A stretch of DNA of 64,000 nt from Chloroflexota bacterium (GCA_963663275.1 OY760183.1:288001-352000), one strand, 5' to 3'; positions 1 to 9,575 are shown, numbered from the stretch's first letter. Notes: generated by a model not told the origin, from the letters alone. Translations and numbers: made by a program.

Positions 1-2
1 CG

Positions 3-227
3 CGGGCATACGCCCCGTACGGGCTGGGCACGCATACCTGCCTGGGCACCCGGTTGATGGAACGGCTACTGTCGATCAACGTGCTGCTGATCGCGCATTA
101 CTTCACACTGGAGGTAGCGCCCGAGAAATTCAAGCGCAAGCTCCGGTTCAGCCCGCTGCCGTCGAATAAACCGAGCAAGAAGCTGAAGTTCGTCATCGCC
201 GAGCAGAGACGCGCGTTGCTGCCCTAG
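3..227 (+). CDS. 3' end of cytochrome P450 (partial; paralog of 910-2943)
   Basis: Frame 3 reads YAPYGLGTHTCLGTRLMERLLSINV...AEQRRALLP-TAG. It has the heme-Cys motif and is near-identical to the C-terminus of the next P450. Confidence 0.92.
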   Translation, partial: RAYAPYGLGTHTCLGTRLMERLLSINVLLIAHYFTLEVAPEKFKRKLRFSPLPSNKPSKKLKFVIAEQRRALLP

Positions 228-650
228 CGCCACTTCAGCGCCGCTCCAGCCGTCTTGGTCGAGCGAATCCGCCGGCAGACTCCACTGCGGCGCCCGCTCT
301 TCCCGCCCCCCACCAGGCGAAGATCATCCCTGCCATTTCCTGCGTCTCGAGTACCCGCAGCCCCGTGAACCGGGGCGGCGGGGCATAGGGCGCGGCGACG
401 CACGCGCCCGCCGGCGGCGGGCCCCAGGTCGGAGCCCAGGTGCGGGCAATAGGCCGCGGCCACGCAGACGCGCCCGTTCTCATCACAGTACGCAACGATG
501 TTCTCACTCATCCAGGTCTGCCGGATGAGTCGCTCCCGCTCGATGGCCTCACGGCTTGCGGCGAAGTACCGGCCCGCGGACACGGGCGCAACTCCGGCAT
601 GTTCTCAGGCTGCCGCCGCTGAGTTGACATTGTTCGGTACATCCACAATG
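224..650 (-). pseudogene. Rieske [2Fe-2S] oxygenase fragment (KshA/steroid oxygenase-like), internally deleted and truncated
   Basis: The CPHLGSDLG motif is in one frame, and the continuation CVAAPYAPPP...FAWWG is in another. The second CxxH ligand motif and the catalytic domain are absent. Confidence 0.75.
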
Positions 651-909
651 TCGAGAGAAAGAAACACTTTACATGTTGAGGAATATCGGCGATAATAGTA
701 CCAGAGGGTTTGTAGTGTATTCCAGACTGCTTCTCTCTTCTACTGAGAGTGCGGTTCCTGTGCGCCTCAGCAGGTGTGCGACCACTAACATCCCGCGGCC
801 TTTCTGGATTACCCTACTCCGTTTGCCTTCCCCTACTAGCGAGACTTTGGAGAGAAGTGGGCGCCAATGCAAGGCCCGGGCGCGTAACGACTCACGGAGA
901 CAAGAGTCT

Positions 910-2943
910 ATGAGCCTCATAGAAGCAAGCAAAGCGGTTCACACGCTCAGTATGCATGAAGAATTCGTCCTGATGCTCCTCAATGAGGAGACCGGGTACT
1001 TTCACCAGGTGCCCGGCTGGGATCTGAACTGCGCCGTCATCGGCTCCGTACTCGGCGAACTCTCGCTCATGTCCCGTATTGACACAGATATGGATTCCTT
1101 GAAGGTTCTGGACCAGACGGCAACCGGCGACCCCATCATGGATTCCACTTTGGAGAAGATCGCAACCGAACCCGGGCAACACGACGCGCAGTACTGGATC
1201 GAACGGCTCATCTTTCGCGCGGGGTCGATCATCGAGGAAACATTGGGGCACTTGGTCGAGCGGAAGGCCCTGGACTACCACGACGGCGAATTCTGGACGC
1301 TGGCGCGCACGGCTTGGGAGACGGGATTGCTCACCGAATCCGGCGAAACGACCGTGGCTGAGTTCGTCAAGACGCGCGTTGGCAGGGCTATTTTCAATAA
1401 CGAGATTCCCAGCCCACGCGATGTCGTCATCATCTGCCTTCTCGATACGTGCGATGTCTTGCGCTTCATATACCAACTGGATGAACAGGCGGAAAGACGT
1501 ATCGAGACCATCTGCAAGATGGATTTGATCGGCCGGTCCGTCGCGGATGCGGTCTCCCAGAACCTCGCCGTCCCTTTGCTGCAACGTTCCGCGTTTACAA
1601 AAGAGATTCCGGCGGTGCGTTTGCGTGACCTGCTGTTCAGTCCGCATCTGCGCAGCGGCAACATTCCGGCGGTCTTTGCGGAACTTGCGGAGAAATATGG
1701 GCCGGTATTCGAGTTGCGCCCGCCGTTTTCCGAGCCCATGCTCTTCTTGGCCGGGCCCCGGACAAATCAATGGGTGCAGCGGAACGGGCGCCTCCACCTG
1801 AGAGCCCGGGACTACTTTACCGATTTCGAGAAGGTCTATGGCGCATCCGGCCTGATACCGGCCGTGGACGGCGCTGAACACTTCCGCATGCGCAAGGCCA
1901 TGTCCACCGGATACTCCCGCGAGACGATGGAACAGCAACTGGATGAGATCTATCGTAATGCGCGCGCATTCATGGCGGACTGGAAGGTTGGGGACTCCTA
2001 TACCGCGAAGTCCATGTGCCGGCACTTGATCAACGCGCAAGTTTCGCCGCTTACCGTCAGCATTGAATCGCAAGACGTCATCGACGATCTGATGGCGTAC
2101 AAGGAACGCGGGCTGAACACCCACGTCGCGCGGGTCCTGCCCAAATTCATGCTGCATACCCCCGGCATGAAACGCCGGGCGAAAGCCATCGATACGATAG
2201 TTGAACGAATCGAGAACGTCCATACGCCCGCCCAGCGCGCCGGCCGCACGCGGGACCTTGCGGATGACTTGCTGAGCCTGCACGCCAGCGACCCGCAGTT
2301 CATGCCGGAATCGAATCTGCGGTTCATCTTGTCGGCGCCGCTGCTTGCCAGCATGTACCTCGGCGACGCGCTCAGTTTCGCGGTCTACGCCATGGCCGCG
2401 CAGCCGGAAATCTACGAGAGGCTCCAGGGTGAAGCCGATGCCATCTTCGGCAATGGCGACCCCAAGGCCGAGGACTTTACGCTTGAAGCGCTGGACGTCA
2501 CGCACCGCTTCCTCATGGAGTGCATGCGCATGTACCCGGTTGTGCCTGTGTCTATTCGCAACGTCATGAACGCATGTGTGGTGGAGGGCTTCGAACTGCC
2601 GGTGGGTAAGCGCATCCACATTGCGACGACGGCTTCCCACTACATGAAGAAGGTCTTCCCTGAACCCTTCACCTTCGACATCGACCGGTACAAGGAGCCG
2701 CGCTTCGAGCATCGCAGCCCGGGCTACGCCCCGTACGGGCTGGGCACGCACACGTGTCTGGGCACGCGCTTGATGGAGCGGCTACTCGCGATCAACGTGC
2801 TCATGATTGCGCATTACTTCACGCTCGAGGTAACTCCCGAGAAATTCAAGCGCGCGCTCCGGTTCAGTCCGTTACCGTCGATGAAACCGACCACGAAGCT
2901 GAAGTTCGTCATCGCCGAGCAACGGCATACGCTACCCGCCTGA
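910..2943 (+). CDS. GPP34/GOLPH3-like domain fused to cytochrome P450
   Basis: N-terminus LSMHEEFVLMLLNEETG...GSVLGELSL..RID...TGDPIMD resembles GPP34. C-terminus has ExxR (ECMR) and YGLGTHTCLG heme motif. ATG 910 follows GGAGA. Confidence 0.85.
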   Translation: MSLIEASKAVHTLSMHEEFVLMLLNEETGYFHQVPGWDLNCAVIGSVLGELSLMSRIDTDMDSLKVLDQTATGDPIMDSTLEKIATEPGQHDAQYWIERLIFRAGSIIEETLGHLVERKALDYHDGEFWTLARTAWETGLLTESGETTVAEFVKTRVGRAIFNNEIPSPRDVVIICLLDTCDVLRFIYQLDEQAERRIETICKMDLIGRSVADAVSQNLAVPLLQRSAFTKEIPAVRLRDLLFSPHLRSGNIPAVFAELAEKYGPVFELRPPFSEPMLFLAGPRTNQWVQRNGRLHLRARDYFTDFEKVYGASGLIPAVDGAEHFRMRKAMSTGYSRETMEQQLDEIYRNARAFMADWKVGDSYTAKSMCRHLINAQVSPLTVSIESQDVIDDLMAYKERGLNTHVARVLPKFMLHTPGMKRRAKAIDTIVERIENVHTPAQRAGRTRDLADDLLSLHASDPQFMPESNLRFILSAPLLASMYLGDALSFAVYAMAAQPEIYERLQGEADAIFGNGDPKAEDFTLEALDVTHRFLMECMRMYPVVPVSIRNVMNACVVEGFELPVGKRIHIATTASHYMKKVFPEPFTFDIDRYKEPRFEHRSPGYAPYGLGTHTCLGTRLMERLLAINVLMIAHYFTLEVTPEKFKRALRFSPLPSMKPTTKLKFVIAEQRHTLPA

Positions 2944-3121
2944 CGCGCCGGCGCTTCCGCAATTCCGCCGCCCCGCCGGTGAGGGCGCTGCTCCCACTTT
3001 CCACCGCCAAGACAGCCGCAACGCCAATTGGGGCAAGCGGCGGGAACGCCAACACCACGCAGCGAACCGGCCGGCCCCCTCATTGGCCGGCCGTCTTCCG
3101 CTCTGACACTTTCGCCGACCC

Positions 3122-5587
3122 CTATTCCTCCGTGTAGCGCCGCTGCACGGCCTCGATTTCCAGGTCGAGTTCGTCCGCCCATTCCTTCACCTTCGAGCGC
3201 AGCCGCACGTTCTGGTACGCGCCCCAGACCGTCATCGCGGGTGGGACCAGCAGGATGGATACGATCAGCGAGTAGAGAATCGTGATCGACGCCGTGATAG
3301 CGAACTGCTGGGACGCCAGCAGCGGCGAGAACACCAACACGCCCAGCCCGAGCGCCGTCGTCAGCGCGGAACCCAAGAGCGCCGACCCGGTGGTGGCGAG
3401 CGTCCGCACCGCCGCCTGCTCCGGATCGCGCCGGCGGGCGTACTCCTCACGATACCGGTGAATCACGTGGATGGTGTAGTCTACCCCGATACCTACCGAG
3501 AGCGCCGTGATGATCGACGTGACGAGCGAGTAGGGAATGCCCAGCAGCGCCATGGTGCCCAACACCGAGATGAGCACGAGCACAATCGGCCCCACCGCGA
3601 TGACCGCCAGCGCCGGCTGGCGCGCCGTCACCCAGAAGAAGACCGCCAGCACGGTCAGCGCCATGGCGATGGTGGTGCTGATCGCCTCCGTCTGCCGCTC
3701 GGTGATCGAGTCCGTGACCGTGATCGAGATGATCGTCTCTGACGCCGCGGTAATAGCGTCGTCATCGCCGAACCAAAGGGCTTCGATGTCCTCCTGGAGG
3801 GTCTTGGTTGCCCCGGGATCGCCCGCATAGGCCGGGAACTGGAACAGGATGGCGTCGATACCGTTCGGATCGTTGACCAGAATGTGGGCCAGAGTGGGGT
3901 CCTTCGCCTGGATTCTATCGAGCAATTCCTGCATGAGCTGCGGATCAAGCTGCACTCCCGCTGAGGCTTCCCGGAAAAGCGCGGCGAGTTCCGGGTCGTA
4001 TTTATCGCCGGGCTGTCCGCTGTCGGTGGTCCAGTCGCGTATGAGCGACTCGTACGTTGCCTGTATCGGCCCCGCCGCCGCGTTCGGCCGGCGCGCCTCG
4101 TCCGCGAAGGCTTCCGTGAGCGCGCGCAGGTTCAGCAGCGTGCTGGTCTCCGCGGCCTCGGCCCGCACGAGTACCGTGACCATCTCCGTTGAGCCGCCGA
4201 TGGCCGCGTCGATGGTGTCCATGTCCGTCAGCAGGCTACCGCCTCTGGGCAGGATATCGCGAATCTTGAATTCCGACGTGAGCCCCGTGGCGGCGAATCC
4301 AAGCCCAATCGTCACCGCGAGCACCACCGCGAGATAGGGCGCGGGCCTGCGGCTAATGCTCCTACCCAATAACCCCGCCAACCCTTCGATGCCGGGCAGG
4401 GCGGCCGAAATGGGGCGCGGCGGTTTCAACGTGCCGCGCGCTTCGCGCCGCCGGTCGATGATTACGCGGCCGGCCGGCACCAACGTGAGCATCACGATGA
4501 GGGTCAGGCCCACCCCCAGCCCCGCAACAACGCCGAAGTCGCCAACTATGCCAATCGGTGAGAACAGATTCACCAACAGGCTCACAATCGTCGTGACGGC
4601 GGCCAGCACCAGCGGGATGGTGACGTTGCGCAGTCCCGCGCGGGCGGCCTCCACCACCGCCTGGCCCTCGTGCCGCTGCTCGCGGTAGTGCGAGACGATC
4701 TGAATGGCGTAGTCCACGGTGAGGCTGATTACGATGATCGGCACCATTGCCGTGAGTTGGTTTGGCGGGCCGGTGATGCCCAGCGCCTGCGGGCCGAGCC
4801 AGCCCTCCACGCCAATAATCCACACCAGCGAAATGACCAGCCCGCCAAGCGTGAGCAGCAGATCCGCAATCGTCCGCATGAAGAGCAGGATCAGCCCGGC
4901 GATCAACAGCAGCGCCAGCCCGATCAGCGGCCCCATGCCCTCCTCCGTGGCTCTCAGGTACTCATCCTCGATCACCACGGGCGAGAGGCTGCTCACCCGC
5001 AGCGGGCCTTCTTCTTCGCTCACGCGTTCATAGATCGTGCGTTCGGCGTTCCCGATCCGCTCGTCGCCCGTATCGCGCAGCCGGATGACGGCGACTGCAA
5101 CCTGCGTGCCGTCCTCATCGGTACCGGTCAGCGCCTCGAGCGCCTGTTCTATCTCCGGCGGCCCTCTGACGGAGTCTATTTGGTCCTGCGTGAGCGACGC
5201 GGCGCTTTCTACCTGGAGCACGGCCTTGATCAACAACACCGGCGCGATGATGGGATCGACCGGCGCCAGGAGCGCTCCCACCGCCGGATCGCTGACGATC
5301 TCATCGATGAGGGCGTCCATCTGCGCCAGGCCCGCGGGCGTGAGCGCATTGCCGCGGAAGAGAAGCGTGACGACGTTGGCATCGCCGGATTCACCAAAAA
5401 GCTCATCGATCTCAACGATCACGGCGGCGACGGCACTTCCTGGGGGAAGGATCGCCTCGGTATCCAACGGCTGCGCGCGCCGCACCGCACCGGCGGACAG
5501 GAATATCGTAATGTTGATGATCACGAAGATCGTGAGCCAGGGGCGGGTCGTGACCAACCGGCTGAGCCTACCGAGTAAATTGTCCAT
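3122..5587 (-). CDS. MMPL/RND family transporter
   Basis: Two repeats of TM plus periplasmic domain with SLTVDYAI and GIGVDYTIH motifs. ATG 5587 with GAGGAG RBS. Confidence 0.92.
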   Translation of the reverse strand: MDNLLGRLSRLVTTRPWLTIFVIINITIFLSAGAVRRAQPLDTEAILPPGSAVAAVIVEIDELFGESGDANVVTLLFRGNALTPAGLAQMDALIDEIVSDPAVGALLAPVDPIIAPVLLIKAVLQVESAASLTQDQIDSVRGPPEIEQALEALTGTDEDGTQVAVAVIRLRDTGDERIGNAERTIYERVSEEEGPLRVSSLSPVVIEDEYLRATEEGMGPLIGLALLLIAGLILLFMRTIADLLLTLGGLVISLVWIIGVEGWLGPQALGITGPPNQLTAMVPIIVISLTVDYAIQIVSHYREQRHEGQAVVEAARAGLRNVTIPLVLAAVTTIVSLLVNLFSPIGIVGDFGVVAGLGVGLTLIVMLTLVPAGRVIIDRRREARGTLKPPRPISAALPGIEGLAGLLGRSISRRPAPYLAVVLAVTIGLGFAATGLTSEFKIRDILPRGGSLLTDMDTIDAAIGGSTEMVTVLVRAEAAETSTLLNLRALTEAFADEARRPNAAAGPIQATYESLIRDWTTDSGQPGDKYDPELAALFREASAGVQLDPQLMQELLDRIQAKDPTLAHILVNDPNGIDAILFQFPAYAGDPGATKTLQEDIEALWFGDDDAITAASETIISITVTDSITERQTEAISTTIAMALTVLAVFFWVTARQPALAVIAVGPIVLVLISVLGTMALLGIPYSLVTSIITALSVGIGVDYTIHVIHRYREEYARRRDPEQAAVRTLATTGSALLGSALTTALGLGVLVFSPLLASQQFAITASITILYSLIVSILLVPPAMTVWGAYQNVRLRSKVKEWADELDLEIEAVQRRYTEE

Positions 5588-5757
5588 TGCTCTCCTCTCG
5601 AACCTGAGAAAGCCCCGATGCGCGACGGGAACCGCCTCGCGCATCCGGCCGCATGAGCGGCCGCTGCCGCGCGGCAGGCGCTATGCCGCGCTGCCTTGAA
5701 GCCTCGCGGCGGTCTGGCCGTAACCTGCCGGTATCCTGCGTTGCGGCGTGTGCGCCC

Positions 5758-5763
5758 ATTATA
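5758..5763 (-). promoter_or_regulatory. -10 element (TATAAT) for MMPL gene
   Basis: Consensus TATAAT on the minus strand ~170 bp upstream of the start, in GC-rich context. Confidence 0.5.
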
Positions 5764-6116
5764 GCGTACTGTCGCCAGGCAGCCACACTGGGGGTATGGA
5801 GAGCCTCGCAAACCGCTCGCGCTGCGATAGGCTCAGCGCGAACGACGGCTGCTCGCTCCCGTCATGCTACGCGCGGGCAAGGCCGCGTGTGAACGGCGGC
5901 TTTCCCAAAGATGGTACCGCCACCCCCACACGGCTGAGCCTGCCTTATCTTCAGAAGGGCAAGTGCGGCTTGCGGCCTGGGTCCGGTTTACTGCCTGAGA
6001 CGAGGGAGTCCGGCGGACAGCCCGCGCGCGTGGACGCAAATACAGTAGTAGGATACGCAAAGAACGTGTCATCCCACGGTCTCATGGAGCGGGAGCATGA
6101 CGGCCGGGGTGTGGCA

Positions 6117-6125
6117 TGGTATAAT
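6117..6125 (+). promoter_or_regulatory. Extended -10 promoter (TGgTATAAT) for selenoprotein pair
   Basis: Perfect TGnTATAAT 32 bp upstream of ATG 6158. Confidence 0.6.
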
Positions 6126-6157
6126 CGCGCGTGGAACCTGAGATTGGATCTGGGGTA

Positions 6158-6643
6158 ATGCAATTCGTCAACCAATACTCCTACGTCCTCCTTTCGCTGT
6201 TTGTCGCGTCTGTCAGCGCGGTAGCCGTCTATTTTTGGCTGCCGGATCCGGGCGGCGTTCTGCTCTTGATCCTACTGGGCGTTACTCTCTTTGCCGTGGG
6301 CGTAGCGCTGCGCTATCCGGCGGCGGACACTGTCGACAGTGAGGGGTTGGCGGCACAACTCAAGAGAGGCGTGCCGGTTTTCATCATGGTATACTCCAAC
6401 TTCTGAGCGGGCTGCCTTTCGGCCCGCCCCATCGTCGATGGGATCGAACGCGAATTTGGCGAGACAGCGCACGTCATCCGGCTGAACCGCCACACGCCCG
6501 TTGGCCGCGCCTTCGCCGACCGCGAGGGCCTGAGCCTTGTGCCCGGCGCCATTCTCTACGATGGCAAGGGCGAGCCCAGGCTGCGGTTGAATGGCAAATT
6601 CCCCACGAAGCGGAAGTTCCTTGACGCGCTGGAGGAAGAGTAA
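6158..6643 (+). CDS. Membrane-anchored thioredoxin-fold selenoprotein (UxxC)
   Basis: Two TM helices, then VYSNF-TGA(6404-6406)-AGCLSARPIVDGIE; the frame stays open to TAA 6641-6643 and includes a VP cis-Pro motif. Confidence 0.85.
6428..6442 (+). promoter_or_regulatory. Candidate bacterial SECIS hairpin (gene 1)
   Basis: CCCATC-GTC-GATGGG begins 21 nt after the TGA; an identical copy sits at the same offset in the paralog. Confidence 0.55.
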
Positions 6644-6730
6644 GGCGCGCCCAGCCCGGGTGCGCATTCGCGGCGCGCCTCCGGCGGCGGGATGGTAGCG
6701 TATGCCGTGTACTCTTCGGGGAGACTTGAC

Positions 6731-7219
6731 GTGCTTGGGCTAGTAAACCGCTACTCATTCATCGCACTCGTACTCGGCCTGCTGCTGGCGAGCGCCGCGG
6801 CCGCCTACTACTGGCTGCCGCTGCCCGGCGGCTGGCTGCTCGTGCCGGCGGTCGGGATCAGTCTGGCGTCGTTGCATTTCGTGCTCCGCTACCAGGCGGC
6901 GCAACGCGCGGACGAAGGCGACATGGCGGCCCTCGTGGGCAAAGGGCGGCCGGCGCTGGTACTGGTGTATTCCAACTACTGAACGGTCAGCCTCGCGGCT
7001 TCTCCCATCGTCGATGGGATCGAACGCGACGTGGGCGCGGCGGCGCGCGTCATCCGCATCAACCGGCACACGCCGGACGGACGGCAAGCCGCCCAGACCC
7101 TTGGCGTAGAAGCGGTGCCGGGTTTCGTGGTCTACGACGGCGCCGGTGCGGAGCGGCTGCGGCTGGAGGGCCGCTTGCCGGACCGCACGGCGCTGGTAGC
7201 CGCCCTGCGCCAGGAGTAA
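6731..7219 (+). CDS. Membrane-anchored thioredoxin-fold selenoprotein paralog (UxxS)
   Basis: VYSNY-TGA(6980-6982)-TVSLAASPIVDGIE, in frame with ORF 7031-7219 (AVPGFVVYD). Colinear with the upstream paralog on both sides of the TGA. Confidence 0.82.
7003..7019 (+). promoter_or_regulatory. Candidate bacterial SECIS hairpin (gene 2)
   Basis: TCCCATC-GTC-GATGGGA, same offset from the TGA as in gene 1. Confidence 0.55.
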
Positions 7220-7325
7220 GGCGCGGCCGCGGGCGTGAACTGGCGTCCGCCAGGCCCGCGCCGCTGCCGTTTACCCCATGCGCTATACTGGACGAAAATT
7301 GCCCACCGCCGTAGAGGAGTGCCTC

Positions 7326-8351
7326 GTGAACCAACAGTCCTTGCCGCCGCTGCGCAGTGAAGCGGAACTGATGGCGCAGATGACCGCGCCCACGCCGGCC
7401 GTGTGTGAAGCGGTCCAGGCGCTGGACGGCCCGATCATGGTGCTGGGCGTGGCCGGCAAGATGGGCCCCACACTGGCCGAACTCCTGGTGCGCGCCGGCG
7501 CGCAGCGCGTGATCGGCGTCTCGCGCTTCTCTTCGCCGGAGTCGCGCCGCTACCTGGACGACGCCGGCGTGGAAACCGTGGCCTGCGACCTGCTGGACGA
7601 CGCCAGCGTGGCCGCGCTGCCGGACGCCCCCTACCTCTACCTGCTGGCGGGCTTCAAGTTCGGCTCCAGCGGCGCGCCCTCCCTCAACTGGGCCATGAAC
7701 ACGCTCGTGCCCGCCAAGCTGATGGAACGCTTTCCCGATTCCCGCATGGTCTACGTCTCTTCCGGCAACGTCTACCGCTTCATGCCGGTGGACGGCAGCG
7801 GCGCGGCGGAGGACGCCCCCCTGGGGCCGGTGGGCGAGTACGCCGAATCGCGCCTGGGCGGCGAACGCCTGGTGGAATACTACGCCGAACGGCAGGGCAC
7901 GCCCACGCTCATCGTGCGCCTCTTCTACGCCACGGAACTACGCTACGGCATCATCCTGGACATCGCCGCCAAGGTGAAAGAGCAGACTCCGATCGACCTG
8001 GCCATGGGCTACGCCAACCAGATCTGGCAGGGCGACGCCTGCGACATGCTTGCCCGCTCGTTTCCGCTCTGCGCCAGCCCCGCCGGCGTGATCAACCTGA
8101 CCGGCACGGACACGCTCTCCGTGCGCGCGGTGGCCGAAACCCTGGGCGAACGCCTGGGCGTGGCGCCAATCTTCACCGGCGAGCCGGAAGCCACCGCCCT
8201 GCTCGGCGACGCTTCTCGCTATGTGGAAACCTTCGGGCCGCCCCGCGTAACGTCAGAGCAAATCATCGACTGGGTCGCCTGGTGGGTGAAACACGAAGGC
8301 GCGACGCTGGGCAAACCGACGAAGTACGAGAGCAGGACAGGGAACTTCTAA
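7326..8351 (+). CDS. NAD-dependent epimerase/dehydratase
   Basis: GVAGKMG Rossmann motif, SSGNVY, YAESR. GTG 7326 follows GAGGAG. Confidence 0.88.
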   Translation: MNQQSLPPLRSEAELMAQMTAPTPAVCEAVQALDGPIMVLGVAGKMGPTLAELLVRAGAQRVIGVSRFSSPESRRYLDDAGVETVACDLLDDASVAALPDAPYLYLLAGFKFGSSGAPSLNWAMNTLVPAKLMERFPDSRMVYVSSGNVYRFMPVDGSGAAEDAPLGPVGEYAESRLGGERLVEYYAERQGTPTLIVRLFYATELRYGIILDIAAKVKEQTPIDLAMGYANQIWQGDACDMLARSFPLCASPAGVINLTGTDTLSVRAVAETLGERLGVAPIFTGEPEATALLGDASRYVETFGPPRVTSEQIIDWVAWWVKHEGATLGKPTKYESRTGNF

Positions 8352-8390
8352 CGGTTGTCCTCTTCTCAAGCGGCGCACTGTCTGTGTGCT

Positions 8391-8452
8391 GCTGGGCGTC
8401 AAAAGGTGTAGGGGCACGACATGTCGTGCCCCTACACCTTTTGACGCCCAGC
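8391..8452. repeat. Perfect 62-bp palindrome around a GTAG-type REP
   Basis: Core GTAGGGGCACGACATGTCGTGCCCCTAC plus 17-bp mirrored flanks, between convergent genes; possible terminator. Confidence 0.95.
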
Positions 8453-8465
8453 CGGGCCAAGCCGG

Positions 8466-9575
8466 TCAACTATCCTCCAGGACTGCCCGCAGGCGGTCGG
8501 CGACGATGGCCGCTTCGCCCGGTTGCAGGGTCATGGGGCTGATGAGGATGCCCTCCTCATCGAGCCGCACGTCGATCGAGGGCTCGCCTTCCCGCAGGGC
8601 GCGGGCAACGTCTTCAGCACGTTCCAGTCCCGCCTCCGGGAAGCTGATCTGCGCGTGGGGCACGATGTCCCAACTCGCGCCTTCATCCTGCCGCCGCACG
8701 GCGCCGCTTACCCCGTCTATGCCGTCCGCGGCCGCCGCCACGAGGCGCATCTGCGCTTCCCAGCCGTCCAGTTCCGCCGCCTCGTCCTGCGCCAGGTAGA
8801 GTTCCACCGCCGCCAGCAGCCCCATGATCTCTTCCTTGCCGACCTTCATGCCGCGCCCAATCGCGCTTTGCGGACTGCCGTTCAGCCGCGCCGCCTCCAC
8901 AAGATCCGGTCTGCCCAGCACCAGGCCGGTGGCCTGCGGACCGCGAATGCCTTTGCCGCCGCTGAAGATAACCAGGTCGGCGCCCAGCCCCACGACCTCC
9001 GCTAAGTTGGATCGGGGCGGCAGTTGGGCCGCGGCATCGACGATCACGGGCACGCCGCGTTGATGCGCTCCGGCGATCACCTCGATCAACTGTTGCTTGG
9101 TCTGCTTGCCCAGGAAATGCACCACCGCTGCCGTACGTTCCGTAATCGCTCCGATGAGGTCTGCCGATGTAACGCACGTCTCGGTGCCGGCAGCCACCAG
9201 CACGCCGCCGGCGACCCGAAAGCCTTGGTGAACGTAGGTGTGCTCGTCCACGTAGCTGATGACGAACTCATTCTTGCCGCTGGGCACGTCCGGCAGCGCC
9301 CGGATCAGGTCGGTGTCCGTGCCGGTCAGGCAGGCCGCGGCCGCCACAAGCATGCCGCTGGCCGCGCCGCAAGGAATAAATGCCGCCGGCACGCCGAGCA
9401 TCGCCGCCAGCCGCTCGCCCGCCTTTTCGTGCAGTTCGTCAAGTCCGACAAAGCTGCGGGAAGCGCGTTCCATGGCCGCCACCACCGCGTCCGGCATCAG
9501 GCTGCCGCCCAGGGTCGTCACCGTGCCGCTGGCGTTGATGAACGTGCCGACGTTCAGGTCGTCGTAGGTAATCAC
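8466..9575 (-). CDS. SelA-like PLP enzyme (DgaE / D-glucosaminate-6-P ammonia-lyase-like)
   Basis: INASGTVTTLGGS, DAAAQ, FSGGKGIRGPQ, GRGMKVGKEE motifs. Confidence 0.85.
   Translation of the reverse strand: MITYDDLNVGTFINASGTVTTLGGSLMPDAVVAAMERASRSFVGLDELHEKAGERLAAMLGVPAAFIPCGAASGMLVAAAACLTGTDTDLIRALPDVPSGKNEFVISYVDEHTYVHQGFRVAGGVLVAAGTETCVTSADLIGAITERTAAVVHFLGKQTKQQLIEVIAGAHQRGVPVIVDAAAQLPPRSNLAEVVGLGADLVIFSGGKGIRGPQATGLVLGRPDLVEAARLNGSPQSAIGRGMKVGKEEIMGLLAAVELYLAQDEAAELDGWEAQMRLVAAAADGIDGVSGAVRRQDEGASWDIVPHAQISFPEAGLERAEDVARALREGEPSIDVRLDEEGILISPMTLQPGEAAIVADRLRAVLEDS

Noticed and set aside
892-2751. Long antisense ORFs (also 17974-19641, 19803-21971, 42709-44874, 44448-46070 and others)
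   Set aside because: Shadow frames of high-GC genes or REP read-through; no protein motifs.
5900-5960. Hammerhead (CTGAAGA...GAAA) or SAM-I riboswitch on the minus strand
   Set aside because: The required stems and 5' conserved elements are missing.
8466-9575. True selA next to the selenoprotein genes
   Set aside because: It lacks the HTNLGRA and SGDKLLGGPQ SelA signatures; motifs match the DgaE-like branch, so the proximity is probably coincidental.
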